This document shows positions 20,053-29,418 of a DNA stretch of 64,000 nucleotides, one piece after another. How positions within the stretch are numbered: position 1 is the first letter of the stretch; every line of letters begins with the position of its first letter. The translations under genes and the position numbers were made by a program. The stretch is taken from positions 2,976,001 to 3,040,000 of the forward strand of contig CBDFJF010000002.1 in NCBI GenBank assembly GCA_965248265.1, given 5' to 3'. The notes under the pieces were generated by a model. It did not search any database. It had not been told where the DNA came from and worked only from the letters and a program-made list of their open reading frames with translations. This DNA comes from Candidatus Latescibacterota bacterium. Lineage in GTDB: Bacteria; Latescibacterota; UBA2968; UBA8231.

Positions 20053-21290
20053 AATACGTCGCCCTCATCCCTGACGGAGCGGCAGACTATGCACTCGATG
20101 AGTTCGACGGCCGTACGCCTTTGGAGGCTGCCCACACACCTCATATGGATCGCATCGCCAGAGAAGGAAGGGGAGGGCTCGTCCAGATCATCCCCCCGGA
20201 ACGGCCCGCCGGCAGTGATGTTGGCAATCTGGAGATTTTCGGATATGACACCAGGGTTCACTACACCGGTCGCGCGCCGTTGGAAGCAGCCAGCATGGGT
20301 ATCGACCTGGGTGACGGGGATATTGCGTTTCGCTGCAATCTGATCACCCGAGAGGGAGATACCCTCGTCGACTACAGCGCTGGCCATATATCCAGCGAGG
20401 AAGCCGAACAGCTGATCCGGTTGATCGGCGGAAGCTTTGGTGGAGAGGGTATCGAGTTTCATCCGGGCGTCGGTTACCGGCACTTGATGGTGTACCAGGG
20501 CGGGCCCGATAATCTCAGTAGCTATCCGCCGCATGACATCATGGGCATGTCGATGGCGGAGCACCTTCCACGAGGGGAGGGAGCGGACGAGATCCTGGCG
20601 CTGATGGATGCGGCCACGCCGCTGTTGCGGGATGCCGAAGTGAACGCGAAGCGAGTGAGTTCGGGCCTGGCGCCGGCAAATGGGATCTGGCTGTGGGGCT
20701 CAGGTCCCGCACTGACATTGGAGTCGCTGCATCAAAGGTTCAATCTGCACGGAGGAGTCATCTCAGCGGTCGATCTGGTGCGTGGCATCGGTCGCTGTGC
20801 CGGACTGGAGGTTATCGAGGTGCCGGGGATAACAGGCTACCTGGACACCAACTATGCCGGCAAGGCTGACTACGCCCTGGCAGCCATCGACGAGATGGAT
20901 TTCGTCTATGTGCATGTGGAGGCTCCGGATGAGGCTGGCCACAACGCCGATGCCGCCGGCAAGAAACAGGCCCTCGAGGATTTCGATGAACTAGTCGTCG
21001 GCCGCATATTGGATGGGCTCGAGAAGCTAGGAGAACCGGTGCGGGTCCTGCTCACGCCCGATCACCGCACGCCGATCGCATTGCGAACCCATAGTCGCGA
21101 GCCGGTTCCGTTCGTCCTGTGGGGGGCGGGCATAGAGGCTGACGACATGCAGGCATACAATGAGACCGCGGCTTGCGCTGGCGCGGTAAAGACCCTGGAG
21201 CATGGACATCAACTTATGGAGTTGTTGGTCGCCGGTGCCTCCGGGGGATCGCGAACAAGCAGTGAATTGGCAAGGAGTGAGGAGAGATGA
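20049..21290 (+). CDS. Cofactor-independent phosphoglycerate mutase-like protein (ApgM family)
   Basis: DGAAD, TPLEAA.TP.MD, GSDVGN, HVEAPDEAGH, TPDH.TP, H..EPVPF. Confidence 0.88.
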   Translation: MKYVALIPDGAADYALDEFDGRTPLEAAHTPHMDRIAREGRGGLVQIIPPERPAGSDVGNLEIFGYDTRVHYTGRAPLEAASMGIDLGDGDIAFRCNLITREGDTLVDYSAGHISSEEAEQLIRLIGGSFGGEGIEFHPGVGYRHLMVYQGGPDNLSSYPPHDIMGMSMAEHLPRGEGADEILALMDAATPLLRDAEVNAKRVSSGLAPANGIWLWGSGPALTLESLHQRFNLHGGVISAVDLVRGIGRCAGLEVIEVPGITGYLDTNYAGKADYALAAIDEMDFVYVHVEAPDEAGHNADAAGKKQALEDFDELVVGRILDGLEKLGEPVRVLLTPDHRTPIALRTHSREPVPFVLWGAGIEADDMQAYNETAACAGAVKTLEHGHQLMELLVAGASGGSRTSSELARSEER

Positions 21291-22336
21291 CGGACAAATT
21301 CAATGTAGCGGTGATGGGTTCAACCGGCGCGGTAGGTCAGGTGTTGCTGGAGCTGTTGGATGAACGCGACTTTCCACTGAACGAACTGCGCCTGTTGGCC
21401 TCTGCTCGTTCCGCGGGCAAGAGCGTGCCTTTCCAGGGCGATACGTTGACGGTACAGGAGCTCAAGGAAGACTCGTTTGACGGTATCGATATCGTTCTGG
21501 CCTCGGCTGGCGGTTCCGTGAGCAAGCAGTACGCACCATTCGCCGTAGAGGCAGGTGCCGTCGTCGTCGACAACACCTCCGCCTTCCGCATGGATCCTGA
21601 AGTGCCTCTGGTGGTCCCTGAGGTCAATGCTGACGATTTACTCGTTCACCAGGGCATCATAGCCAATCCGAATTGCTCGACCATCGTCATGGTGGTGGCG
21701 GTCTGGCCCCTGTACCAGCAATGTCGTGTGAAACGAATCGTGGTTTCGACCTACCAGGCGATCAGCGGAGCCGGCGCCCGGGCGATGGAAGAGCTGGAAT
21801 CTCAGACACGCGAGGTGCTCGCCGGTCATGCTGCTGTGCCCAAGGAGATTCCCCATCAGGTCGCCTTCAATCTGTTTTCGCACAATTCAGATATCGGGCT
21901 TGACGGTTACTGCGTGGAAGAGACCAAGATGGTGGTGGAGACGAGGAAGATGTTCCACGACGACGACATTCAGATCACGGCGACCTGCGTCAGGGTGCCG
22001 GTGATGCGGGCTCATTCGGAGTCGATCAACCTCGAATTCGAGAAACCACTGGCCGAGTCCGAAGCCAAGAAGATCCTGGCACAGGCTCCTGGGGTTGAGA
22101 TCGTCGATGATCGTGAGGCCAATCATTTCCCGATGCCGCTCGAGGCTTCCGGACATGATGACGTCCTGGTAGGACGGATCAGGCAGGATATTTCTCGACC
22201 TGATGGTACTGGGATCGACCTGTTCCTCAGCGGTGACCAACTCCGCAAAGGGGCGGCGCTCAACGCCATTCAGATTGCCGAGGTATTGATCGCCAAAGAC
22301 TGTGTGAAGGCTCGTTCGGAAGTGGCTGCCGGATAG
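21287..22336 (+). CDS. asd: Aspartate-semialdehyde dehydrogenase
   Basis: GSTGAVG, DNTSAFRM, ANPNCST, STYQAISGAG, LRKGAALNA. Confidence 0.97.
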   Translation: MTDKFNVAVMGSTGAVGQVLLELLDERDFPLNELRLLASARSAGKSVPFQGDTLTVQELKEDSFDGIDIVLASAGGSVSKQYAPFAVEAGAVVVDNTSAFRMDPEVPLVVPEVNADDLLVHQGIIANPNCSTIVMVVAVWPLYQQCRVKRIVVSTYQAISGAGARAMEELESQTREVLAGHAAVPKEIPHQVAFNLFSHNSDIGLDGYCVEETKMVVETRKMFHDDDIQITATCVRVPVMRAHSESINLEFEKPLAESEAKKILAQAPGVEIVDDREANHFPMPLEASGHDDVLVGRIRQDISRPDGTGIDLFLSGDQLRKGAALNAIQIAEVLIAKDCVKARSEVAAG

Positions 22337-22340
22337 TCGT

Positions 22341-23483
22341 TCAGGGCAGCTGTTTCACGCACACGTGGTCGATGAAGCGGCTGTAGAGATCGACCGCTTT
22401 GCGCAGCTGATCGAGTTCAATCCATTCGTCGACCGTGTGGGCCTGGGCGATATCGCCGGGGCCCAGCACGACCAATTGCTTCATTTTCGCCACGTAGCGA
22501 ACGCCATCCGTCCCGTAGGCGACGGTTCTGGGCGTTCGTGTGCCCGACAGCTTGAGGGCTGTTCTGACGAATTGGGAATCCGCGGCGGTGTACACCGGTG
22601 TGAGCTGTGACACAAGCTCGAACTTGAGACCGTGCTTCCGGGCGCACGCGCGCACGCGTGCCTTCAGCCCGTTGACATCGACACCGGGCATGATGCGGTA
22701 GCCCAATCGGCATTCACTCTCGACCGGATAGACATTCATGGCCATCAGGTGGTCGTTGATGCTCAGCGACAGCTCCGAGTGCGGGGGCTTGAATTCGTCG
22801 TTGCGGAAACGTTTGGCGCTGAGTACGTGGTCGTTGAGCTTTTTCATCTGCTGCAGAAAGGGGATCATCTTCATGTTGGCGTTGACACCCTTGAGCGAGC
22901 TGGTGTGCGCCGATTTTCCGCGTGAGGTCACGCGCATGTGCACGGAGCCCTTGTGAGCGTGGACGACGCGCAGTCGCGTGGGTTCGCAAATGAGACCGTA
23001 TCCGCTGGAAGCCTCGGCAAACAACTTCGATTTCTCCGTCACGTCGAGGGCCCCGAGCCCATTCACCTCTTCATCGGCTGTTACGATTATGTACAGGGGT
23101 GATTTGAGGTCCCTGGCACGGAAGCGGGCGGCAGCGCAGATCGAGGCGGCCAGCGGCCCCTTCATGTCGGCGGATCCCCGAGCATAGAGCTTGTCGCCAC
23201 TGACCCGGGCCTTGAACGGGTCACCGATCCAACCATCGGATTTCTCCGCCGGAACGGTATCGTTGTGACTGAACAGCGACAACCCACCTGCTCCGTCTCC
23301 GAGTTTGCCGACCACGGACAGCTTGTCGACCCCGTTCTTGTCGGTGTAGCCGAGGGCCTCAACGGTAAACCCCAGTGAGCGCAGCAGATCGGCGCAATAC
23401 TCCGTTACAGAAACGTTGCTCTCGAGACTGGGAGACCTGTAGTTTACGAGCTTGCGAGTTACGTCGACGACGTTCGGTTTCAT
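22341..23483 (-). CDS. M20 family metallopeptidase (ArgE-like deacetylase)
   Basis: SHNDTVP, RGSADMKG, ADEE, CEPT, GPGDIAQAHTVDE. Confidence 0.9.
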   Translation of the reverse strand: MKPNVVDVTRKLVNYRSPSLESNVSVTEYCADLLRSLGFTVEALGYTDKNGVDKLSVVGKLGDGAGGLSLFSHNDTVPAEKSDGWIGDPFKARVSGDKLYARGSADMKGPLAASICAAARFRARDLKSPLYIIVTADEEVNGLGALDVTEKSKLFAEASSGYGLICEPTRLRVVHAHKGSVHMRVTSRGKSAHTSSLKGVNANMKMIPFLQQMKKLNDHVLSAKRFRNDEFKPPHSELSLSINDHLMAMNVYPVESECRLGYRIMPGVDVNGLKARVRACARKHGLKFELVSQLTPVYTAADSQFVRTALKLSGTRTPRTVAYGTDGVRYVAKMKQLVVLGPGDIAQAHTVDEWIELDQLRKAVDLYSRFIDHVCVKQLP

Positions 23484-23638
23484 GCGCGTGCAGCCTTGTC
23501 GAGTGTGGGGGGGTGCGGCTGGTAATCAAAGTAGCGGCCGGCAACATAGGAAGCCAACTTGGGCTCCGCAAGAAAGCTGATTCCGCCACTGTCACTTCAA
23601 CCAGCACTTCCATACTGTTTGGAAAAAGGACGATGTGA

Positions 23639-24754
23639 ATGACGGATAACGATAAGGTCCGCTTTGGGGTTATCGGGTCGGTACGTCGCGGCGGCAGCTT
23701 CGTCACCAACCTGCTTGCCAATCCGGCGGCGCAGATCACAGCTCTGTGCGATATCCAGGCCGAACAGTTGAAAGCCTCGGCGGCGGAGAACGGGGTGGGG
23801 CGGACCTTTTCGGATGCCGAGGAGATGTTCGACTCGGGATGCATTGACGCCGTCGTGGTGGGCACCCCGATGCCCCTCCATGCCCCTCAAGCCATGATGG
23901 CGCTGGAGCGCGATCTGCATGTGATGAGCGAGGTCACCGCCGGCGTGTCGTTGGAGGAGTGCGAAAAGCTGGTGCGCACGGCCAGGCGCAGCAAGGGCAT
24001 GTACATGATGGCCGAGAATTTCACCTACATGAAGACGAATGTTCTGGTCAGAGAGATCGCGAGGTGTGGACTGTTCGGCGAGCTCTACTGGGGAGAGGGA
24101 GCCTACATTCACGAACTCAAGAAGCTCAACGAAGTGACTCGCTGGCGCCGCCGCTGGCAGACCGGGGTCAATGCCTGCACCTATTCGACCCACAGTCTGG
24201 GCCCGGTTCTGCAATGGTTTGCCCCTGAGCGCGTGGCTTCAGTGTGCGCAGTTGGTACTGGTCATCACTACCGGGATCCACGTGAAGAGGAATACCAGAT
24301 GGAGGATTCCGTCACCATGATGTGCCGGATGACGAACGGCGGGTTGGTCAACATCAGGGTAGACATGCTATCAGAGCGGCCGCACAACATGGTGCACTAT
24401 GCACTGCAGGGAACGGATGGCTGTTACGAGGGTGCGGACGGTTACAAAGGTGAGCCCAAAATCTGGCTGAGCAGCCGCAACGAAAAGCACGAGTGGGAGC
24501 CTCTATCGGCGTTGGAAGAGGAGTTTCTGCCCGACTTCTGGAAGCGGCCCCCGGAAGAGGCCGTTAAGGCTGGTCACGGAGGTGGTGACTACTGGGTAGC
24601 GCAGGATTTTATCAGCGCGATCAGGGAGGGTGGGGAGCCTCCCATTAGTATCGATCAGGCGATGGATATGACGCTGCCGGGGCTGATCAGCGAACAGTCT
24701 ATGGCTCAGGGGTCGGTGTGGGTGGATGTGCCGGATTCGCGTGCTTGGCGTTAG
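23639..24754 (+). CDS. Gfo/Idh/MocA family oxidoreductase
   Basis: Rossmann N-terminus, H..SEV, AENF, Y.THSLGP, GHGGGD. Confidence 0.9.
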   Translation: MTDNDKVRFGVIGSVRRGGSFVTNLLANPAAQITALCDIQAEQLKASAAENGVGRTFSDAEEMFDSGCIDAVVVGTPMPLHAPQAMMALERDLHVMSEVTAGVSLEECEKLVRTARRSKGMYMMAENFTYMKTNVLVREIARCGLFGELYWGEGAYIHELKKLNEVTRWRRRWQTGVNACTYSTHSLGPVLQWFAPERVASVCAVGTGHHYRDPREEEYQMEDSVTMMCRMTNGGLVNIRVDMLSERPHNMVHYALQGTDGCYEGADGYKGEPKIWLSSRNEKHEWEPLSALEEEFLPDFWKRPPEEAVKAGHGGGDYWVAQDFISAIREGGEPPISIDQAMDMTLPGLISEQSMAQGSVWVDVPDSRAWR

Positions 24755-24973
24755 GTGCGTCGCGCTGTGCCTTCGGGATCGGCTGTGGGCGCAGGAGCCC
24801 TGACGGGCTCCTGGCGCCGCTTGCTCGGGGGCCGAGAGAGTCGGCATCCTGCCTCCACTCTCGGTTCGCGACTTCGTGTCGCGAACCCCAGGAAACCCTG
24901 TGGGTTTCCTGGGGCCTGATCCCTCGCCGCGGCTCGCCCTGCGCCGAATCCCTGCGGCACACGCGACGCACCT
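24753..24973. repeat. Multi-hairpin inverted-repeat element (REP/REPIN- or MITE-like, or a structured RNA)
   Basis: Outer IR AGGTGCGTCGCG(C)TGTGCC / GGCACACGCGACGCACCT encloses four internal hairpins. Confidence 0.7.
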
Positions 24974-25069
24974 GCGCGGGAAAGGCAACTGCTAACCAAA
25001 CAGCTACCCCCAAAAACGACCCAACGAAACCAAAAACCCCCACATCCGCTGAACACCTAACCCCAACCC

Positions 25070-26329
25070 TTACACCACCCGAGCGCCCCCCTGAAACACG
25101 GCCACGACACGACTGAAGGCGGTGACGTCGGTGGTGGGGTCGCCGTCGAAGGCTACCAGGTCGGCTATTTTGCCGGGTTCGATGGTGCCGATTTGATCGG
25201 ACAGGCCTAGGGCTTCGGCGGATTGTTTGGTGGCTGACACCAGGGCTTCGGAGGGGGTGAAGCCGGACTGAACAAGCAATTGCAGGTCGTAATCCATGTG
25301 GCCGAAGGCCAGGGAGCCGGGGCCGGAGTCGGTGCCGGGGACGATGCGTTCCTTTAGGCAGTAGTCGAGCATTTTTCGCATGACGTCGAGTCTCGATTCG
25401 GCTCGTACCTCCAGGTGATTGAGTGCGTTCTCCTCCTGCTCCGTAGACGCCCCCTGGTCTCTTAGTTGGCGCAGTTTCACGATCGTGGGGTAGCTGGTCC
25501 AGGCTTGCAAGGTGGGGCTGAGCCAGATGCCGGATTCGGCCATCATCTCGGCGAGTTTGGGGTCAAAACGCATCTCGCCGTTGCCGACCAGGAATTCGCA
25601 GTGTTCCATGAGGTCGATGCCGGCTTCGATGGCCCGCTCCATCGAATCGCGAGCGCGGCAGTGGGCGGCGGTGGTCCGCTGCAGGTTATGGGACTCGCTT
25701 ACCAGGGCGCGCAGCTCCTCAGTGGAGTAGCTGGCCCGCCAGGGGATGGTGCCCTCCGTGCCTCCCCCTGAGGCCATCACCTTGATGTAGTCAGCCCCTT
25801 CGCTGACCAGCTTGCGGACCGAACGGCGGATCCCTTCTTCGCCGTCGGCCACCTCGTTACACATATGGAAGTGGCCACCCGTGCAGGTAATGGGGCGGCC
25901 GCTGACCATCATGCGAGGCCCAGCCAGATAGCCACGGCGCAGACCTTCCTTGAGGGTGAAGCCGACTCGGTTACGGGCACCGTGTTCGCGCAGGGTCGTA
26001 ACTCCGGACTTCAGGTGCTTGAGCATATTGTCGGCACCGATGCAGACCATCATCTCATCGGTATCTCGGAAGTATTCACGGTAAGGTCGGCCGTCGCCTG
26101 GCAAACCAAGATGGGTGTGACCGTCGATGAGTCCGGGGGTCAAGCAGGCGGTGTCGAGATCGATGATTGGAGTTCCGAGCGCCACCTGCTTCTCGATCTC
26201 CCCGGTGGCTCCGACTGCTGCGATCCGGCCTTCGTCCACGAGGACGGATTGGCCGCTCTTTGGGGCTGCCCCCGATCCATCTGCGAGCAGTCGAGCTTTC
26301 AACAGAAACGTCTGGTTGTTGGAGTCCAT
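25070..26329 (-). CDS. Amidohydrolase family protein (imidazolonepropionase/prolidase-like)
   Basis: PGLIDGHTH, ADYIK, AAHC, MEHC, GTDSG, G.IEPGKIADLV. Confidence 0.9.
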   Translation of the reverse strand: MDSNNQTFLLKARLLADGSGAAPKSGQSVLVDEGRIAAVGATGEIEKQVALGTPIIDLDTACLTPGLIDGHTHLGLPGDGRPYREYFRDTDEMMVCIGADNMLKHLKSGVTTLREHGARNRVGFTLKEGLRRGYLAGPRMMVSGRPITCTGGHFHMCNEVADGEEGIRRSVRKLVSEGADYIKVMASGGGTEGTIPWRASYSTEELRALVSESHNLQRTTAAHCRARDSMERAIEAGIDLMEHCEFLVGNGEMRFDPKLAEMMAESGIWLSPTLQAWTSYPTIVKLRQLRDQGASTEQEENALNHLEVRAESRLDVMRKMLDYCLKERIVPGTDSGPGSLAFGHMDYDLQLLVQSGFTPSEALVSATKQSAEALGLSDQIGTIEPGKIADLVAFDGDPTTDVTAFSRVVAVFQGGARVV

Positions 26330-26434
26330 GGTGACGGGTTCCTCCTGCTGCTTCGGGTGACGGACTGGTTGCTGATAATCACTACATTATGCCTCACGGA
26401 GTCCGTGTGCAATGAACGACACAGAGGGTATACC

Positions 26435-27619
26435 ATGGTAAACACTGAGATCTCAGAGCAGATCCGCGTTGCCATTGACCGGCAGCGCATTCTTGAGACC
26501 GCTATGGGTCTCATTGAGGTGCCGAGTCCGACGGGCAACGGGTGCGAGGTCGCCGACCGTCTGGCAGAAATGCTAAAGGATGACGGATTCCTGGTAGAGC
26601 GGCCGATTGGTGATTGGCCTACCGCGCCTGCCGTTGCCGTGCGGTTCGACAGTGGTAAACCGGGGCGCACCCTGCAGCTTTCAGGTCATCTGGATACCGT
26701 GCACCTGCCGTTCGTGCCGCCGCGAGAGGACGGCGTGAATCTCTACGGGTCGGGTTCGGCGGACATGAAGGGTGGAATCGCCATCAATGTTGAGACGCTG
26801 AGGGTTTTGCGAGAGACTGATCTGCTCGCGGAGGGATCGATCCTGCTTACCGCCTATGATTTACACGAGAGACCGTGGGGCGACGGGCATCAGTTGGAGG
26901 GGATCATTCGCGAAGGATTCGTCGGGGACGCGGCCCTGATCCCCGAGTACCTGTGTGACCGCATCGGAGTTGCCGGGCGAGGGCAAGCAGTCTTTGAGGT
27001 CGCAATCAGGCGCGAAGGGGAGAAGGTGCACGAAGTGTTACGGCCACCGGGTACGCCTGACGTGATCGGCGTTGGCGCTGAAGTCGTGCTCAGACTCAAG
27101 CAGCTGCAGCTTGCACTCGAGAAAAAGAAGCATCCACACGCCGGCACCGACTCAGTATTCGTCGGCACGCTGACTTCTGGAGAGATCTTCAACCAGGCAC
27201 CGACCGAATGCCGGTTGAGCGGCACCAGACGTTGGGTAACGCCAGGTGATGGCGAAGCGGCGATGCGCGAATTGGGTGATCTGATGGCTGAGGTCTCCGC
27301 ACAGACCAACACGACCATCGAGGTGAAGCCGCAGTTGTCGGGCGAAGCCTTCCGCCTCGATGAGGATGACCCACTGGTACATGCCTTCATGAATAGCTAC
27401 AGTACCGTGACTGATGGGGGCACCCTCGGGTTCGGCAGCAAGCCCTTCGTCGACGACGGCAATTCATTCTATTCGATGAAGGGGATTGCGGGTCTGACTC
27501 ATGGGCCGGCAGCCACCGGAGCCCATACACTAGATGAGAAGGTTCCCATCGACGAGTTGATTCGAGTCGTCCACACCTACGCGCTCACGGCAGTCGACTA
27601 CTGCCCTCACACCAAATGA
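26435..27619 (+). CDS. M20 family peptidase/deacylase
   Basis: SGHLDTV, GSADMKGG, GAHTLDE; ATG 26435 after GAGGG. Confidence 0.85.
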   Translation: MVNTEISEQIRVAIDRQRILETAMGLIEVPSPTGNGCEVADRLAEMLKDDGFLVERPIGDWPTAPAVAVRFDSGKPGRTLQLSGHLDTVHLPFVPPREDGVNLYGSGSADMKGGIAINVETLRVLRETDLLAEGSILLTAYDLHERPWGDGHQLEGIIREGFVGDAALIPEYLCDRIGVAGRGQAVFEVAIRREGEKVHEVLRPPGTPDVIGVGAEVVLRLKQLQLALEKKKHPHAGTDSVFVGTLTSGEIFNQAPTECRLSGTRRWVTPGDGEAAMRELGDLMAEVSAQTNTTIEVKPQLSGEAFRLDEDDPLVHAFMNSYSTVTDGGTLGFGSKPFVDDGNSFYSMKGIAGLTHGPAATGAHTLDEKVPIDELIRVVHTYALTAVDYCPHTK

Positions 27620-27625
27620 ACAGAA

Positions 27626-29002
27626 ATGGACATGCAGATGAACGACCGGCACAAGCGCCTGCTCAAGCAAACATTCCTCGACTATCAGTCGACGGCCGAA
27701 TTCATGAGCAACCCGCTCATCGTTTCCCGAGCCGAAGGGCTCTACTACTGGGATGTTGAGGGCCGGCGCTACTTCGACGGTATCAGCGGCATCTACTCGG
27801 TCTTTCTCGGACACAAGCACCCGCGAGTAGAGGAAGCGATGCGGCGACAGTGGGAGAAGCTGAGTTTTGCTCCTCCCATGCACGGAACTTCCGATGTCAC
27901 CCTCGATTTTGTCGAGAAGGTGGCCAGCGTGACCCCTGAAAATCTGAACTTCGTGAAGTCGTTCAGCGGCGGCTCGGAGTCGATGGAGGCGGCGCTGAAA
28001 TTCTCGCGGCAGTACTTCAAACAGTCCGGTCACCCGAGCAAGTACAAGTTCATCAGCCGTTATCAGGCGTATCACGGGGCGAGCACTGGGGCGATGGCGG
28101 CCAGCGGCACCGGCGAGCGCAAGACGCCTTTCGCACCAGAGCCAGCCGGTTTTCTCAAGGTCTTTCCGCCGACACACTATCGTGATCGATTCGGCGATGA
28201 CTGGGATGAGTGCAATCGCTTCAGCGCCCAGCAATTCGAAGATGTCATGATCGCCGAAGACCCGGAAACCGTGGCGGCGGTCATCGTTGAGCCGGTGTCG
28301 AATACGGGTGGCGTGATCACGCCGACGGAGGAGTACTTTCAGATTATTCGGGATGCGTGCGACCGCCACAACGTCCTGCTCATCTACGATGAAATCATTA
28401 CCGGGTTCGGTCGCACTGGATCGATGTTCGCAGCCCAGACTTTCGGCGTCACCCCTGACATTATTTGCGGCAGCAAGGGGTTGTCTAGCGGCACCATCCC
28501 GCTGGGGGCGATGATGGCGCGTGAGGACATGGGGGAGTGCTTTTACGAGCGCGGTGAGAACTTCGCGCATGGACACACCTACGCCGGTCACCCGCTGGGT
28601 TGTGCAGTCGGCATCGCCGTGATCGATGAGATCGTCGAAAACAAGCTCGACGAGCACGCCCGCGAACTGGGAGACTACCTGGCCTCAAAGCTGGAGGGTT
28701 TGAAGAGTCTGGGGGTGGTGCGGGAAGTGAGAGGTAAGGGGTTGATTCGTGGTGTGGAGTTGGTGCGAGATACGAACAGGGGGATGGAGCCGTTCCCGGA
28801 ACTGGGCAGAGCACTGAAACGGACGGCTCTACAGAACTCGTTGATCATGCGCGTGGACCCCTGCTGGTTCGCGCTGGTGCCGGCACTGATCGCTCAGCGG
28901 GAGGACATTGACGAACTGGTCGATCTGGTCGAGCGCAGTTTGCTGGATGCGCTTGAAGTTGTTGGGGTGTCAGGCAGGGGGGCTGCCGCCGGAGGCGGCT
29001 GA
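27626..29002 (+). CDS. Class III PLP-dependent aminotransferase
   Basis: GGSES.E.A.K, YHG, IVEPV, DEIITGFGRTG, SKG (PLP Lys), HGHTYAGHP. Confidence 0.93.
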   Translation: MDMQMNDRHKRLLKQTFLDYQSTAEFMSNPLIVSRAEGLYYWDVEGRRYFDGISGIYSVFLGHKHPRVEEAMRRQWEKLSFAPPMHGTSDVTLDFVEKVASVTPENLNFVKSFSGGSESMEAALKFSRQYFKQSGHPSKYKFISRYQAYHGASTGAMAASGTGERKTPFAPEPAGFLKVFPPTHYRDRFGDDWDECNRFSAQQFEDVMIAEDPETVAAVIVEPVSNTGGVITPTEEYFQIIRDACDRHNVLLIYDEIITGFGRTGSMFAAQTFGVTPDIICGSKGLSSGTIPLGAMMAREDMGECFYERGENFAHGHTYAGHPLGCAVGIAVIDEIVENKLDEHARELGDYLASKLEGLKSLGVVREVRGKGLIRGVELVRDTNRGMEPFPELGRALKRTALQNSLIMRVDPCWFALVPALIAQREDIDELVDLVERSLLDALEVVGVSGRGAAAGGG

Positions 29003-29012
29003 TCTCGCGGGT

Positions 29013-29333
29013 TCAGGCAACCACGTCGAAGGACGAGTCGGACGGTGACAGCGAGTGCTCTTCAGCCTCCGCTTCATCCTCTACCCGCTGCCGGCGGGGC
29101 CTGCGGCCGTGGCGGCCAGAGTCGGGATGGTCATCGACGCGGTTCTCGGGGCCATCAGGCTCCTCGGTCTGTCCGGCCCGACTATGGGCCAGCGTGCGCT
29201 GCTCGTCGAGTTCCGCCGTCAGGTGCTGCTGGCCGAGTTGGGAACTCGCCTGCATGATCTGCTGAGCACGCCCTGCTTCGACCGCTTTCGAAAAGCTGAC
29301 CTGCATGTCGACAGGCTTGACCATAACAACCAT
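29013..29333 (-). CDS. Hypothetical small Q/E-rich protein
   Basis: GAGG RBS; KPVDMQ N-terminus and FDVVA C-terminus. Confidence 0.6.
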   Translation of the reverse strand: MVVMVKPVDMQVSFSKAVEAGRAQQIMQASSQLGQQHLTAELDEQRTLAHSRAGQTEEPDGPENRVDDHPDSGRHGRRPRRQRVEDEAEAEEHSLSPSDSSFDVVA

Positions 29334-29418
29334 TACCTCGGATTTGAATCACCTACATCGCCGTCGGTATCCTTAAGTATCTAAATTCAAGCGGCTCAGT
29401 CAAGTAGGATTCTTTACC

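Noticed and set aside
25865-26434. N-terminal extension of the 584-aa ORF
   Set aside because: It is antisense to the amidohydrolase; M20 similarity and an RBS point to ATG 26435.
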